From Perkinsus chesapeaki ATCC PRA-425 (taxonomy: Eukaryota > Protista > Perkinsozoa), in assembly GCA_013115145.1 (NCBI GenBank), contig JAAPAO010000001.1:1-64000 (forward strand): a stretch of DNA of 64,000 nucleotides, written 5' to 3'. The first letter of the stretch is position 1. Each line of letters begins with the position of its first letter. The notes under the pieces are model-generated. The model made no database searches. It was not told the origin of the DNA and was given only the letters and a program-made list of their open reading frames with translations. The translations under genes were made by a program, and so were the position numbers. Positions 28,886-41,085 of this stretch are shown here, piece by piece.

Positions 28886-29735
28886 TCATTCTTTGACTTC
28901 ACGCTTCTCTCTCCAGAGAGCAACTGCCGGGTGGCTTCCAACCAGCTTTTGGAGGTTAAACAGCAGAGGGAATCCGGCGACAATGTCAGCTGGGATGCCC
29001 GTCAGAATACCCGAGCTGAGCCATTCCAGCACACCAACCAAATCCTGAGCATACAGTGTACTTTAAAGAGAGCGTGTTGAAGCAACCCTACCAGATCAGC
29101 GATGGTCAGATTGTCTCCGGCGGAATACTTGTGTTCTCCCATTATCTTTTCAATCCTTCCGAAATAGAACGGCAAGGTCGTTTCACCCAATTCCTAAGGT
29201 AGAATGCCGTAATTTGAAAACTGGTTGACCTATGTAGGGCGCCTCGGAAAACAAAAAGCTCCCACCTTGCGAGCAGCTGCTTTCTGCGCTTCATCGGTCA
29301 TATGAACCGTTGGGCCAATCTTGCCCCTAACATCGGTCACAATGCCCAGCATTTCGTCAACACGAAGCCTCTGGCGTGGATCGTCAGGATAGAGATTTAC
29401 TGATGGATTTAACTGCAGCAGCACACATATGTCGTTTGGCAATCAACCTACTCTTTCGTTCTTACCGAACCAACATAGCGTAAGATAGCAGTAGACTGGC
29501 TGGCCATAGTGCCGTCTTCGAATTCCAATACTGGAAGCTGGTTCATCGGATAGATATTAGCCGCCTTCTTAGCAGCCCAATCACCTCGGGCGACACGGAC
29601 ATCATCAAACTTGATACCTAATCGAGGTCACCGCAATGACAACCTTTAGTTCAACTGGTCACCTGAGATTGCGAATGCCAGACGGATCGGTTCACCGCGA
29701 TTGGCAGCATCGAAATAGTGAAGCTTGAGGACCAT
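28886..29735 (-). CDS. Glutathione S-transferase A (Tyr-type, sigma-like)
   Basis: MVLKLHYFDAANRGEPIRLAF, NQLPVLE, SQSTAILRY, LYPDDPRQRLRVDE, AGDNLTIADL; four introns shared with the paralogs. Confidence 0.92.
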
Positions 29736-30025
29736 GAATAACGAACAAGTTAGTCCAACCACAGCTGAATCGCATGACACCATGGCGAACTTTCGATCTC
29801 CCTTCCCAAAGAGGATTTTCCAGTACATAAATTCGTATCACTAACACGTGGCGCGCGTTAAGTCTGTGCACGCATGCATAAACACAAACAACGAACCGCA
29901 AGGAATTAAGCAATTAAGCAACCTGTGAAACTCAACCTTAGAGAATTCACTTAAAAACTCACAAGATATGCCACGATGAAAGTGATATGATTAGGCACGA
30001 CGAAATGAAAGTTATCGAGCCCTTC

Positions 30026-30944
30026 TCAAGAACTGGCACTGACTTGGCGTTTATCCTTCCATGAGGATACTCTGGAATCAGAGAAGACATTAGCTTGGAC
30101 ACGTTTAAGATTAGTATAGGGATCACACACAGTAGTAGGCAGACCGTCGATGTAACCACTGCTGAAGACTTCCATCATGTTGGACAGTAACTACGAAAGG
30201 ATGATACCTGGGCGATCAACTTCCCTGGCGTGGAGCACAATTCCGGAAGGAATGCGGCGAGATGGCGCCGGTTCGCGACTTGGACTCTTCTGGAAGTTGA
30301 CAAACATCGGCACCACCCTACTCACCAAATCCGCGATAGTCATCTTGTCTCCGGTACAGAACTTCTTATCACCGACCATTTTATCAAGCTTACCAAAAGT
30401 GAACGGAATCTCTTCTTCGGCAAGGGCCTGATACACAAGAGCTTCTGATCAGCACAATAGTAGAGCGCAGAGGTTGGAGGCTACCTTTCGGACGGCCATC
30501 TTCATATCATCGTTCATCTTCATGGACGCGGCAACCTTGACGTGTATATCCTTGACTATATCCATGACTTCATCAACTCGGAGGCGATCGAGGGCATCAG
30601 CGGGGTACAATCCAACAGATGGGTTCAACTAAGATTGATGAAGTGTGCTTAGATTGCGACTTGTGCAAAACTTACAGATCCGACGTAACGAAGAATGGCG
30701 TAGCCTTGCGTGATCATTGATCCATCCTTCTTGAGTTCCAAAACTGGGACTTGACCGAGAGGGAACTCAGCCTTCTTCGCCGGGAACTCGGCGAAGGGAA
30801 TTCTGCAGTCTTCAAATTCGATACCTGCAGCGAATGGCCCGCGCCAGGAAAGTAAGGGGAGATCTCACCAGACACGGCAAACGCCATTCTGATGTGTTCG
30901 GCTGCACCAGCGGAGTCGAAATAGTGAAGTTTGTATTGGGCCAT
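30026..30944 (-). CDS. Glutathione S-transferase B
   Basis: MAQYKLHYFDSAGAAEHIRMAF, GQVPVLE, TQGYAILRY, LYPADALDRLRVDE, TGDKMTIADL. Confidence 0.92.
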
Positions 30945-31246
30945 AGTGCAAGTTGGATCGACTACGACAACAAACGGGCTTGCATGTGCGACAGAAACTG
31001 CACACCACTGCAACGTCACCGCTCACTAGATTCTGTCACAAAGTCTTGCACAATTTCAAGAGACACAGAGAATCTGAAACCGCCATGCAAAAGCGTTCGC
31101 CCAAATGCCGAGGCGCAGAAGCCAGGATTGGGGTAACTTATTATTGCTTGCCCGTCAATCATTGCAAACGCAACCGTACTAGTCGTAAGAAAAACTTGAC
31201 AAGAGCGCTGTCAAATATTGAATGCTTAAAGAGCTGTGCTAACCGG

Positions 31247-32217
31247 TTAGGCGGGGGCTGCTTTCACTTCGCGCTTTTCACGCCACAGCTTCACAGCGGG
31301 GTTGGCTGAAACCAAGCCTTGAATCTTCTGGAGTTGAGCATAAGAATCTAAGATGGTCGGTCGAATGCTCAGTTGAACGACATGGAACATCCAATCCAGC
31401 ACAGAATCTATAACCTGTATTCAGACAGCAATGAGTTTTTGACACTCGCGCGCGGTGATTCTTACCAAGTCGGAGATTGTGAGGTGGTCTCCTGCTGAGT
31501 ATCTGTAGTTTCCGATCATGCTTTGAACTCTGTCGAAATAGAAAGGGTAAACAGTCTTTAACAGTTCCTAAAGCAAGCGTCGATTTGACCCGTCCAGACT
31601 CACAGCGCTGCATCGTTTCCACTGAGCAAGGACATTTCCGCGCCTTGCACACTGTGCTTCAGCGCAACCAATCTGTCGAGTGGATGAGAAAGCGCGTCCT
31701 TACCTCGCGGGCAGTGGCTCGGGTCGGCCCCTCTGGCATCACATTCACCACCCGAGTCTTCTCTCGGATATCGGCAAATGTTTCCATTATCTGGTCTATG
31801 CGAAGTCTCTCCAGAGGATCGTTGGGATAGAGACCGTACGAAGGGCGCAGCTGAAAATCAAAACTAGGTTGCAGGTTAAGCGGGGGAAGTACAAGAGTAA
31901 CGTATACCACAGTCCAGTTTTGATGAGGCTTACCGTGGCCACATATCTCAAGATGGCATAACTCTGAACTGCCATCTTTCCATCGGGGAACTCTAACACG
32001 GGCAGCTGGTCCAGTGGAAACACATGCTGGGGCTTGAGAGTTTTCGCCCATTCATCCCTAGAGATGCGGTGATCCACGAAAGGAATGCCTGAATAATGAT
32101 AGGAGGTTCTGTGCTAGCTCTGTGACGGCCTTGGTCACCTTGAATGGCAAATGATAGACGGATTGGCTCCGCTCTGGCGGCTACATCGAAATAGTGTAGC
32201 GTAAGAAGTCCTGACAT
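31247..32217 (-). CDS. Glutathione S-transferase C
   Basis: MSGLLTLHYFDVAARAEPIRLSF, DQLPVLE, VQSYAILRY, LYPNDPLERLRIDQ, AGDHLTISDL; C-terminus LWREKREVK is shared with GST A. Confidence 0.92.
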
Positions 32218-32535
32218 CTAACTTAGTCGAAATTTGATTATCAAATAAGTTTATACTGGAGAGCGACCACTGGGTAAGCTCGATTTAGCTGACGAAGCTC
32301 CTTTATGTCCATGGCAACCTTTAACTGAGTGTGACTGCCAGCGCAGAGGAGCGCACAACGGCTATACATGGAAATGGATAACCACATTATCAACGTATCT
32401 AGATCGTAAGGCGTATACCGCGGAATGTCAAGCCAGAACATGGGATTCGTATGGGAATAGCCGGTTGCTTTGAAGAAGCTAGATACGTAGTGTGCAGCTG
32501 CGCGAGTGGCAAATGACCAGTCACTGTGAACGAAA

Positions 32536-32608
32536 TAGTCCCGGCGGGGGTCGAACCCACGACCTACGGCTCATAAGACCGTCGCTCTAACCACTGAGCT
32601 ACAGGACC
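32536..32608 (-). tRNA. tRNA-Ile (anticodon TAT), intronless
   Basis: GGTCCTGTAGCTCAGTGGTTAGAGCGACGGTCTTATGAGCCGTAGGTCGTGGGTTCGACCCCCGCCGGGACTA folds into a full cloverleaf; anticodon loop CT-TAT-GA. Confidence 0.95.
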
Positions 32609-32861
32609 GCACACCAGCTTAGTTGCGTTTAATGGGCGATGATTATTCAATTCGGATAATTCGGGCGACGATCTCAAGTCAAAGACGCAAATCCGAGGTA
32701 CAAGTGAACGACGAGCCACAACAACACTTTGTGATACACTTGAATACCCTCAAACGGTATAGGGAAAATATGACCCGTCTCGATTGAACTTCGAATCGTG
32801 ATCAACCGCTTATTATAACGCAACGTCTGCTTTATTAACAGAAACAACCGAGGAAGAACCA

Positions 32862-35175
32862 TCATGAAACTCGCATACCCTGCCGGGCTGCTGTTCTACG
32901 CGACTCTCGCTTGTGCCTATTCTTGGCGGCCCTTAGCTTAGTCAACTCCCGTGCATGTCTCCATGGCAAACCGCGACCCTTTGCCTTCTTCACTTGCTCG
33001 GCGTCAAACGTCTTCGGCACGCGCTCAAGGACGTGGGCCTCTACTGCACCAGATTTCATCAGGTAGTCTACGCTAGCATTCGGCACGTCGGCCACCCATC
33101 CCGCTTCGGCCTTTCTTACCCTTTCGAGCGGGCAAGGGACGCGAGACTTCAAAGCATCAACTGATGGATAGAGCGAATGTTCGAAGTCCGAGATCATCAC
33201 AGCAGTGAAATCTGGCACTCCAGAATATAAGGACACTTTACTCTTTTTTGGTTGGAGCTGACCGTCAGTATTCAACAGCGATACTATTCTTGCCATAACC
33301 TCTGTCGCTCTACCCTCGGCGACCAGATCTTGGGCGATACCCTCCAGGCACTTCCATGACCCCTGGTGAACCGATAGTATTTCTGTCGCCACTGCGGCAT
33401 ATGCATGAGACCTGAGCTCTTCTTCGGTAGGCAGGTTAGTATTATCGAAGTTCTGTTTCGTTGCTTCAATAATCTTCTGCATCATCGGCCAGTCGCTTTT
33501 ATCATATAATGTGATCACCTCGCCTTCCTCACCCGCTCTCCCCGTACGGCCAGCTCGATGGATATACGCAGTCGGCTCTTCTGGAGGCCGAAAGAGGATG
33601 ACGTATTGCAGTCCCGGCAAGTCAATTCCCCGACTCAGCAGGTCAGTGGTGACAAGGAAGCGGATACGTCTGCCTCGGAAGGAGTTCAGGAGCCAATCAC
33701 GCTGGCTCTGCGGCATGTCGGAATGCAGCGGTTTCACGCCCAACGCCTCGATCGCAGGATGCCTTGCTATCGCTAATGCCTCCTTGGTGGTATTCGCAAA
33801 GATCAGAGCTTGACTATCAGCAATAAGGCTTCGGAGAACATGACAGAGTCCGCGATAACGAGTGAGATTCGCCCGTTCTGGTAGGCGGATCATTTTGTGT
33901 GATGTTGACCGGACGGTTGCTGGCTGACGATAACCTGCACAGGAGATAGAGAGGAAGACCCTCGCCACGATACGACAAAGAGGGTAAACGGAGCAAGGAA
34001 AGCCACACCAAATCAATTCGCACACCTGGGCTGGTCTTACTAAAGCCATTGGCAACCAGGTCAACTTTAATAGGGTGGCTCCCACCGAGCTCCGATACCT
34101 TGCCGACAACCGCGTCAGACATTGATGCCGAGAAAACCACAGTTTGTGGAGAGAAGGGCTTCACTTGTGCCAATAGCGATTCGACATGGCTATTTGTTTT
34201 GGTGCCATCTGAGAATCAACACGTTAGTGTTAGTGGAGTTCTCGCGGAAGTAGCACGAGGCATTATCGACTATGCTTGCAATACGCCGTTCACCTTTTAG
34301 CATAACATCTGCCTCATCAAGAACGATTATCCTAACCTTCCCAACAGGGATTGCTCCGTTTGTTATTAGCTGACCTAAGCGTCCGGGTGTGCCAATAACT
34401 ATCTGAAGAAGTGGTATGTACTGGATCAAAAAATAAAGGTAGCGAGATTCATCCCAGCCCCGTTCACTAGTAAGTCACTGTAGACCCGCACCGCACCTCT
34501 GGTTTATTATTTTCCACCTCCCTCGTCAATGCTTTCATATTTCCATGCCCTCCAGTAGCCAGTACAATCGTAACTTTAGGCATCAAAGACAACAAGACAG
34601 ACGCCACCTGCAAGTTAGCTTGTTGTCCATCGGCAGTTGTCTATCACTACCTGTCGGCTCAACTCACGGGATGGCAGAACAATCAGAGCTGCACCGGGCC
34701 CAGAGAAATGCTCATTACGCAGACGCTCAGTTATCGGTAGCAAATACGCTAGCGTCTTGCCAGTACCAGTACGTGCTCGCCCGACGAAGGATTGTCCCCT
34801 GGAAGGTGAAATAGCGCCATCGCACAATAAGCCGGATGGCGGGATCGAACCGCCGACCTCCAGTTTACAAGACTGGCGCTCTACCACTAAGCTAAACCGG
34901 CTTGTTAAACGCACATGCTGTCTTGAGGCTTCAAAAGAAAGCAAGATCCGAAATTTCATCGTGTAGCCCGCGTTGAAGCGAACAAAGCCAACTTACTTTA
35001 TAATAGGCTCAAAGGACTTCTCCTGTATGCGAGTTAGACTTGTGAACCCCATTGCTCGTAGCGCATTCTTCACACTTTGAGACAGGAACCCCAACGAGTC
35101 TAATGAAGTCATGCGTTCTGCAGCAGCACTCGAGAACCGACGTCGAAGTGAGAACAAGCATGCCCCAGGTGCCAT
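32862..35175 (-). CDS. DEAD-box RNA helicase, DDX21/RH7-like with GUCT-like C-terminus; possible mitochondrial presequence
   Basis: Q motif (GFTSLTRIQ), ARTGTGKT, PSRELSRQV, TPGRL, DEAD, SAS, LSRGIDLP, HRAGRTGRAG; C-terminal SLYSGVPDFTAVMI..GWVADVP resembles GUCT; N-terminus MAPGACLFSLRRRFSSAAA. Confidence 0.9.
34830..34901 (-). tRNA. tRNA-Thr (anticodon TGT), inside intron 1 of the helicase
   Basis: GCCGGTTTAGCTTAGTGGTAGAGCGCCAGTCTTGTAAACTGGAGGTCGGCGGTTCGATCCCGCCATCCGGCT; perfect anticodon and T stems, one T-T mismatch in the acceptor stem. Confidence 0.93.
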
Positions 35176-35338
35176 CCTGGCATATATAAACTGGAAAAAC
35201 CCAGCTCCGCCCTAGTTCCCTACCCACCACTGGAGGTCAAACGCAAGGCATATTAATTTGGTAGCTTCAAAAGATATTTTAATGCTGCAGGTTTCTTGCA
35301 GCCAATTGTCTCATGCATTGCGAACGTCCAATAAGTTA

Positions 35339-37624
35339 TTAGGCCACTATCGTCGACGGCTCTCTTGGAAGGGCGGAGGCGAACTCAGCGACGAACCTCT
35401 TGCCGAGCTCAACCAACTTCGCGCGAGCACTGAAGCACAGGAATACACACAAGGCCAGCTGGCTCACCCGTACACTCTGTCCTGCTTGGCCCTCTTTTCG
35501 GCTATCCGTTTTTGCTCCTCAACTGCCTCCTTTTTGGCCTTCAGTTCAGAAAGCTCAGCCCTCCAGGCCTCCCCATCACGCCCAAGGCGCTGCTCTCTCT
35601 CCGCCACACGAGACAGCAGCCTGAAACCGAACTGCATGCCATGCCATCGACAACTTACTCGCTCAAGCGTGCCTCGTGCTGTGGATTAGGTTCCGCCTCC
35701 TTAGCCGAGAAAGCCTGTCGCTGGGCGTTCAGTTTCGAAACTGAAGACCGCACTACTTCCCTGCATCACGGAGCTCCTCGACAGTTGTCGAAGCTACTTC
35801 TGTGAGCCGCTTCTTCTCTGAGTTTGCCAGCATCCTTCATCACTTGCGAGATATCAGGGTCGTTAGTGCGACGATCCTCCAGGGTCTGCAAAGTCTGGCA
35901 AACAATTATTCCAGCAACCCGACAAATCCCGCAGCCGGGGTTCGAACCCCCGACCCACTTGCTCCGCCTTGGCCCTATCCGTCTTGATCCCCCTCGCCTT
36001 CTTAATTAACCCCTCAAATCTTGAATTTGTCTCCCTCCAATCGTTCGTCCTCTCCTTTGCTGCCGATAACTTCCTGAAGCATCCAGGGGACCTCCAACAT
36101 ATCCAAATGGAGCTCTTTTACGCTTGTTTCTCATCAAGGGACTTCCGCAGCGATGCCTCCCTGTCCTCCGACTTCTTGTGCCTCTCCACAACCTTCTCAG
36201 GATTCTCCACCACCAAGCTGGTGACCTATCGAACTCTCCAAGTGCACACCACATCCGTGTACATGTTCCAGCTCCCTTTTCTTTTCTTCGATCACTTGTC
36301 GTCTAGCCTGCGATTTCGCCGTCAACTCCTCTCTTATCCTTTCATGCTCCTCGATCGCTGTGGTGAGGCCCTCCTTGGTTACCCCCAGGCATCCTGATAC
36401 CGCCCATAGCAAACTATATCGCCAACCCAAACCCACGGAGCTCTTCATCCAGAGCGTGCCTCTCTTGTTTCACTTTCAGTAGGGCTGGTTTCAGCATCTC
36501 TCGCGTTGCCTCCACCTGCCAACCTCAGCACTGCCTGCTTCATCCTTTCCGTAACCTACCTCCTCGAGGACCTTTCTACTATTCTCGACCTTCTCTTTGG
36601 TCTCTAGTAATGTATCCTCCTCATCAGCCCGCATCTGCTCTATGTTACTGATCTGAGGTTGGGTTAATACTATGTACTTGTACCTGCTATAAATTCTAAG
36701 AACTCATAGGCTTCAGTAATCCCAAAAACGCGTAATTATGTGAATCAATCAGATGTCAGACAACTCTACGGGCACCATTTTTGAGCTCCCTACAGCCTAG
36801 GGAACTGAGTGGTATGCTTCGTCAAGCGACAGAATTTTGGACACCTTATCTTCACTAGATAGTACTCGTGGTAAACTGCTAGGATGACTGTGATAGAGCT
36901 ACCGCAAGTGGATCAGAGTTATAGTAGGACACTAGGAAAGTGGCAAATTGAATCATCAACTGTATAGCATCTTTCAATCAGCAGGGCCCGCCTAGACCAA
37001 GAGCAGCCAGGAGAATCGAGTTACTATAGCAGTTCGACAGAGTAGACTTACCTGATATAGTTAATAAGGGCAGAAACAAGTATCCTTGTGCGTTTGGTGT
37101 CTTCATATGGGGACACCACAGAGCTTATAGCAACCGGAGGACAGACAGCACTGATCTGAATGAGTCATAGGCCCAGGATGCAGCGAGAGTGTGGTATGAC
37201 ATGTTCGGCTGCACGAAGAAGATAGACGTAGGTCCACTTTGATTGACGGGACATTAACATTATTGGCGTGCTGCTCTCATGAGACGCTCGTTGAGTTAGG
37301 AACTCCGATTGAACACTAAAAGGTAGGCCAAGCTCCCAGACTTGTCCGTTTCATGGGCAGGGCATACCCAAGGTCATCTTCAGTAAGGTCCAAGGCTCCA
37401 ATAAGCAGGGCATCGAAGGTAACACGTAATATGTCAGTGGGGCAGGCACTCAGATCCTCCGGCTGCAGGGCCAGGATGGCGGACTAAACAAAAAGACGAT
37501 GAATTCGCCCCTACCTCGGGGCGACTGGCACCTTAAGCTTTGGTGGGACTATAGCGGCGAAGTCCTTCTTCAAGACCTCTACTATCTGAGCTGCTGTTAA
37601 CTTAGGGAAGCTGCCTCGAACCAT
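35339..37624 (-). CDS. NUF2: Kinetochore protein Nuf2 (CH domain + long coiled coil), many introns
   Basis: MVRGSFPKLTAAQIVEVL..LQPEDL..DILRVTFDALL and KRTRILVSALINYIR match the Nuf2 N-terminal domain (SFP....EIV; KRT.R.LS.IINF); the remainder is heptad-rich coiled coil. Confidence 0.8.
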
Positions 37625-37727
37625 TCACAGAATCAACAGCAACAAGACAAGACCTGATCCCCTCTTATATCCCGACTTAAACCGACAAGATCAAATATAA
37701 AGAAAATGATGCACTTAACATGCTGGT

Positions 37728-39285
37728 TTATCCACCACTCGTTGCTGATGTAAAAAACTGGGTAATCTGGCATTGCTTCCCTCCTCCTCTTCCTCCTCCT
37801 GCCACCCCCACCCTTCGTCGCTTCGGCGCTTGCTTCGCTGGCGGTCGAGGTGCGGTGGCGTCAACGTCAGAGTCACTGGATAGTTCCACTACAGCAGATA
37901 CAGATGGCTTAGCCCGGATTTCTGGTAGATAACTGCAGCTCGATCCACCGTCCATAAATGTGCAGACTTCACCACCCACACTATCACTCGAACTTGCCCC
38001 TGGTGGTGTTCGAGCCTTACGAGCCACAGGTGCCACCATAGGTGGCCGGTCTTCCTCTCGAGCCTGCATGAGATCCCCCAACAACTCCTCTAAAGGGCAA
38101 CTCTCTTCAGAGCTAACAGTCACTTCCGTGGCTGTTCGCCTGAGCTTTGGCAGTGCGGTGACAGACTGCGATACCTCGCTGCACTGTGACGCAAATCCTA
38201 CTATCCTCGTAGCCTGCCTCTGCAATTGAGGCACTGTATTAGATGGCATAGTCTCTGACTGACACTTTCCAGTGTCTCCTCCTCCAGCCAAAGATCTCAT
38301 CCTCTCCAGCACAGTCTGGTCCTTGGTCCTAGTCAGCAGCTGCCTTTCATGCCCAATACGCAGCACTCGCTCATGGGCCCTCGTTCCCCCGGCTCTCTTC
38401 CGCCTGGCAATAGGACTTCTACACTTCGCTCGAGCCTCCCTCAACTCTTCATCAATAGCATTTATCTCAGCCTTGAAGATCTCTAGATCCTCCTCCGGCC
38501 GCCTGTATGACTCCAGCAACTGCTGCCATTCCAACTCCACTGCCTTCATCAGCGCATCAATATTCCTATTACTAACAATGTTATCTCTCAGAACCTTCAT
38601 GCCAGGTTTCGGCTCTCTAACCGTCATATCTTCTCTCACAGCACTTTGAGCTTTCCTTAGCTCCTCCAACTTCACCTGCATATCCAACTCCACCGTATAG
38701 ACCTTCTCCTCTGCTGTTTGCCTCAGCCGCTTAGCTTTCTGCGCTGCCTCTAGGGTCCTTCCCAGCTCCATCTGACCCGTCTGGCACTCCTCCTCAAGAT
38801 CCTCTATGGCAGATGAAACTACTTCAATGCACTCCCTCAACTTCTCGTTGGCCTCTTCTATATCGGCAACCTCATTTTCGACTCTCTCTACCGTATCGCT
38901 GTCGTGTGGCAATAAGTGGTCCTCTAAGCTCTGCACTTCCGGCTTCAACCGAACCAATTTCCCCTTCTGCTCTGCTTTGCATTCCGGACAAGTCTGTGAC
39001 CTGAGATATACTATTCGATACCCCAACGTCACACTCAGGCAGCATAACCAAGTTGACCCTAGAGCCTCAATGTGAAATTTCGACCCCAGTGAGTCCCGAA
39101 GAGGAAGCCTCCATCATCGAGGGGTATAGCAGAGGAAAGAGGCGACCCTTGTATGACCTTTTCATCCATTCCCTCAGACAACGTTCGTGATACACATGCC
39201 TGCATTTGGTGGCAACTAGCTGAGACACCTCTCTTCGCGAGCTTACAGCCCCAAGGGTGTCCATACAGATAGAACATGTTGACAT
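37728..39285 (-). CDS. TRAIP: TRAIP-like RING-H2 E3 ligase with coiled coil and C-terminal PIP box
   Basis: N-terminal CSIC..CRHVYHERC..W..(intron)..CPEC, then coiled coil, NLS-like KRRR and terminal QCQITQFF (QxxIxxFF). Confidence 0.7.
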
Positions 39286-39873
39286 TCACAACAACCTCAA
39301 AGTAGCTCAGCCTTCTCACAACTATACACAACAACACAGTTAAGGGTAAAGCAGTGAATTTTTCCATCACATGAACATTGCTCTGAACGGTTCGACACGC
39401 GGAAGACGAATCTCGCCGCCCACAGAGCTACTCCCATTCTCTTCAGTTTGAGAGCAACTTCAGAGCATGCTCCGAAGACTCTATATCGAGAACACCTCAA
39501 TCTCCTTCGATACTACCGATTCTGGAAGTAGACGGGTGGCCTTCAGTAATTGGACATGAGCCATATCTAACCAATATGGAACACACTTATTAAACTACAC
39601 CAACGGTAATTTTTATTATCGACTTTCTTGCCTGAACCGACAATACGGTCTCTACTCAAACCACGACGACTATCCCTCAAAACCGGTGCCGCGTTGATGC
39701 TATCCATACCCGATTCCCCGAAGTCGAGGGTGTTGCCTATAGAAGCCCTCTCCCCCTGTTGGCAGATGACTAAATACAATACCATGCTTCACATTATAAA
39801 CATCACACCAACAGCGTTTTCAATTTAGTATGTTTTGGTAGATAATGGCCAACTGATGAACACAGGGGATTTA

Positions 39874-41085
39874 CTAAAAATCCCTGAGCTTTATACCAAC
39901 CCAAGTAGGCTTTTCGTTTGAAGGTTCCCCGCCTCGATAGGCGAAGACCAATACTAGTTGCTTTTTGTTGCAGATATGAAAGCTAGCCTCGCTGATAGTC
40001 CCTTTGACTTTAACGTCATCTCTCAGTATCTCGAGGTCCGACTTCAATTTCATTCTTATGCTATCGTCTGACGGTAACGAAAGATGCAAACATCCACGAA
40101 CACTTTCCGATGGTACCAACTCCATGACCGGAAAATCGAGTTGTTTTCCAGAAGTTAATTTCATAGTCATGCTGCATTGCATAGATCCGCCCCGTTGTCC
40201 TACAAATACCGTACATTCCTTAACCCTTCCGAATGGGTCGCAGCTATAGAGTCCTTCCCGTATTATCGATGGTGGTAGTCCTCCCTTTGTTTGTGCACTT
40301 GATTCAGCCTGACGTACTGCGGCAACCTTCTTAGATGGCTCTCCAAGTTCCGGAGCTGAAGCTGTAGATGGCCTCTTGAGAGCCGAAGCTTTGTCTGCAT
40401 GCTCTTTGGGGGCATTTAATGGGCGGACTGGAGGTAATGGTGCAGCTTTATTAACAACCTTAGGAGGAGGAGCGTTAACATATGACGACTCGGCTTGTGG
40501 AAGTGCCTGGGGATAACCAGCTGGCTCTTTGCTTGGTCCAGCGGTACTTTTATGCACTTTAGGTAGAGAGCTGGCAACAACAGAAGATGGCTTGGCACCA
40601 TCCATAACCATAAGGCATACCGACTCTACAACTTCCATATATTGGACAGTCTTCGCCATCATAGCAAGTACTTCCCCTGTATCGGCGATACAGAAAAAGA
40701 AGTGATCAAGACTGTAGCCCAGCGCCGAAGAGACTAGAAGAGATAGCACGGGGAAATTACCAGTGCCATCATCGAAAAACTTTGAGCATTTAACCACTTC
40801 CATCCCAGCAAACTTACTGCCGGGATTCGGCGTCAGTTTCCAGACTAGCGGAATCGCCAGTCCCATACCGTCACGTTCGAAGTCGTCCGAACGACTTAAG
40901 CGAGCGGCTTGGCCAGATCCCAGGCTCGTCACCTCCATAGTCAAGTTACCATAATTTCCGTAAAGGCATTGACCAGCACTGCGATATATACCGGAAGGGA
41001 TCTCACTGGGGGTAACAGGCCGCTTAGTACCAGCTATGCTGCCAATAGTCAATCTCACCAACAGTGGTAATACCAAGATATGCAT
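39874..41085 (-). CDS. Intronless secreted hypothetical protein with two related domains and a low-complexity linker
   Basis: 403-aa ORF with signal peptide MHILVLPLLVRLTIGSIAG; domains begin IPSGIY and IREGLY, separated by a Pro/Ala/Lys/Ser-rich linker. Confidence 0.75.
   Translation of the reverse strand: MHILVLPLLVRLTIGSIAGTKRPVTPSEIPSGIYRSAGQCLYGNYGNLTMEVTSLGSGQAARLSRSDDFERDGMGLAIPLVWKLTPNPGSKFAGMEVVKCSKFFDDGTGNFPVLSLLVSSALGYSLDHFFFCIADTGEVLAMMAKTVQYMEVVESVCLMVMDGAKPSSVVASSLPKVHKSTAGPSKEPAGYPQALPQAESSYVNAPPPKVVNKAAPLPPVRPLNAPKEHADKASALKRPSTASAPELGEPSKKVAAVRQAESSAQTKGGLPPSIIREGLYSCDPFGRVKECTVFVGQRGGSMQCSMTMKLTSGKQLDFPVMELVPSESVRGCLHLSLPSDDSIRMKLKSDLEILRDDVKVKGTISEASFHICNKKQLVLVFAYRGGEPSNEKPTWVGIKLRDF

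Noticed and set aside
35936-35952. Perfect T-arm-like hairpin CGGGG-TTCGAAC-CCCCG in a Nuf2 intron
   Set aside because: No acceptor, D or anticodon elements on either strand; a 17-nt GC hairpin can arise by chance.
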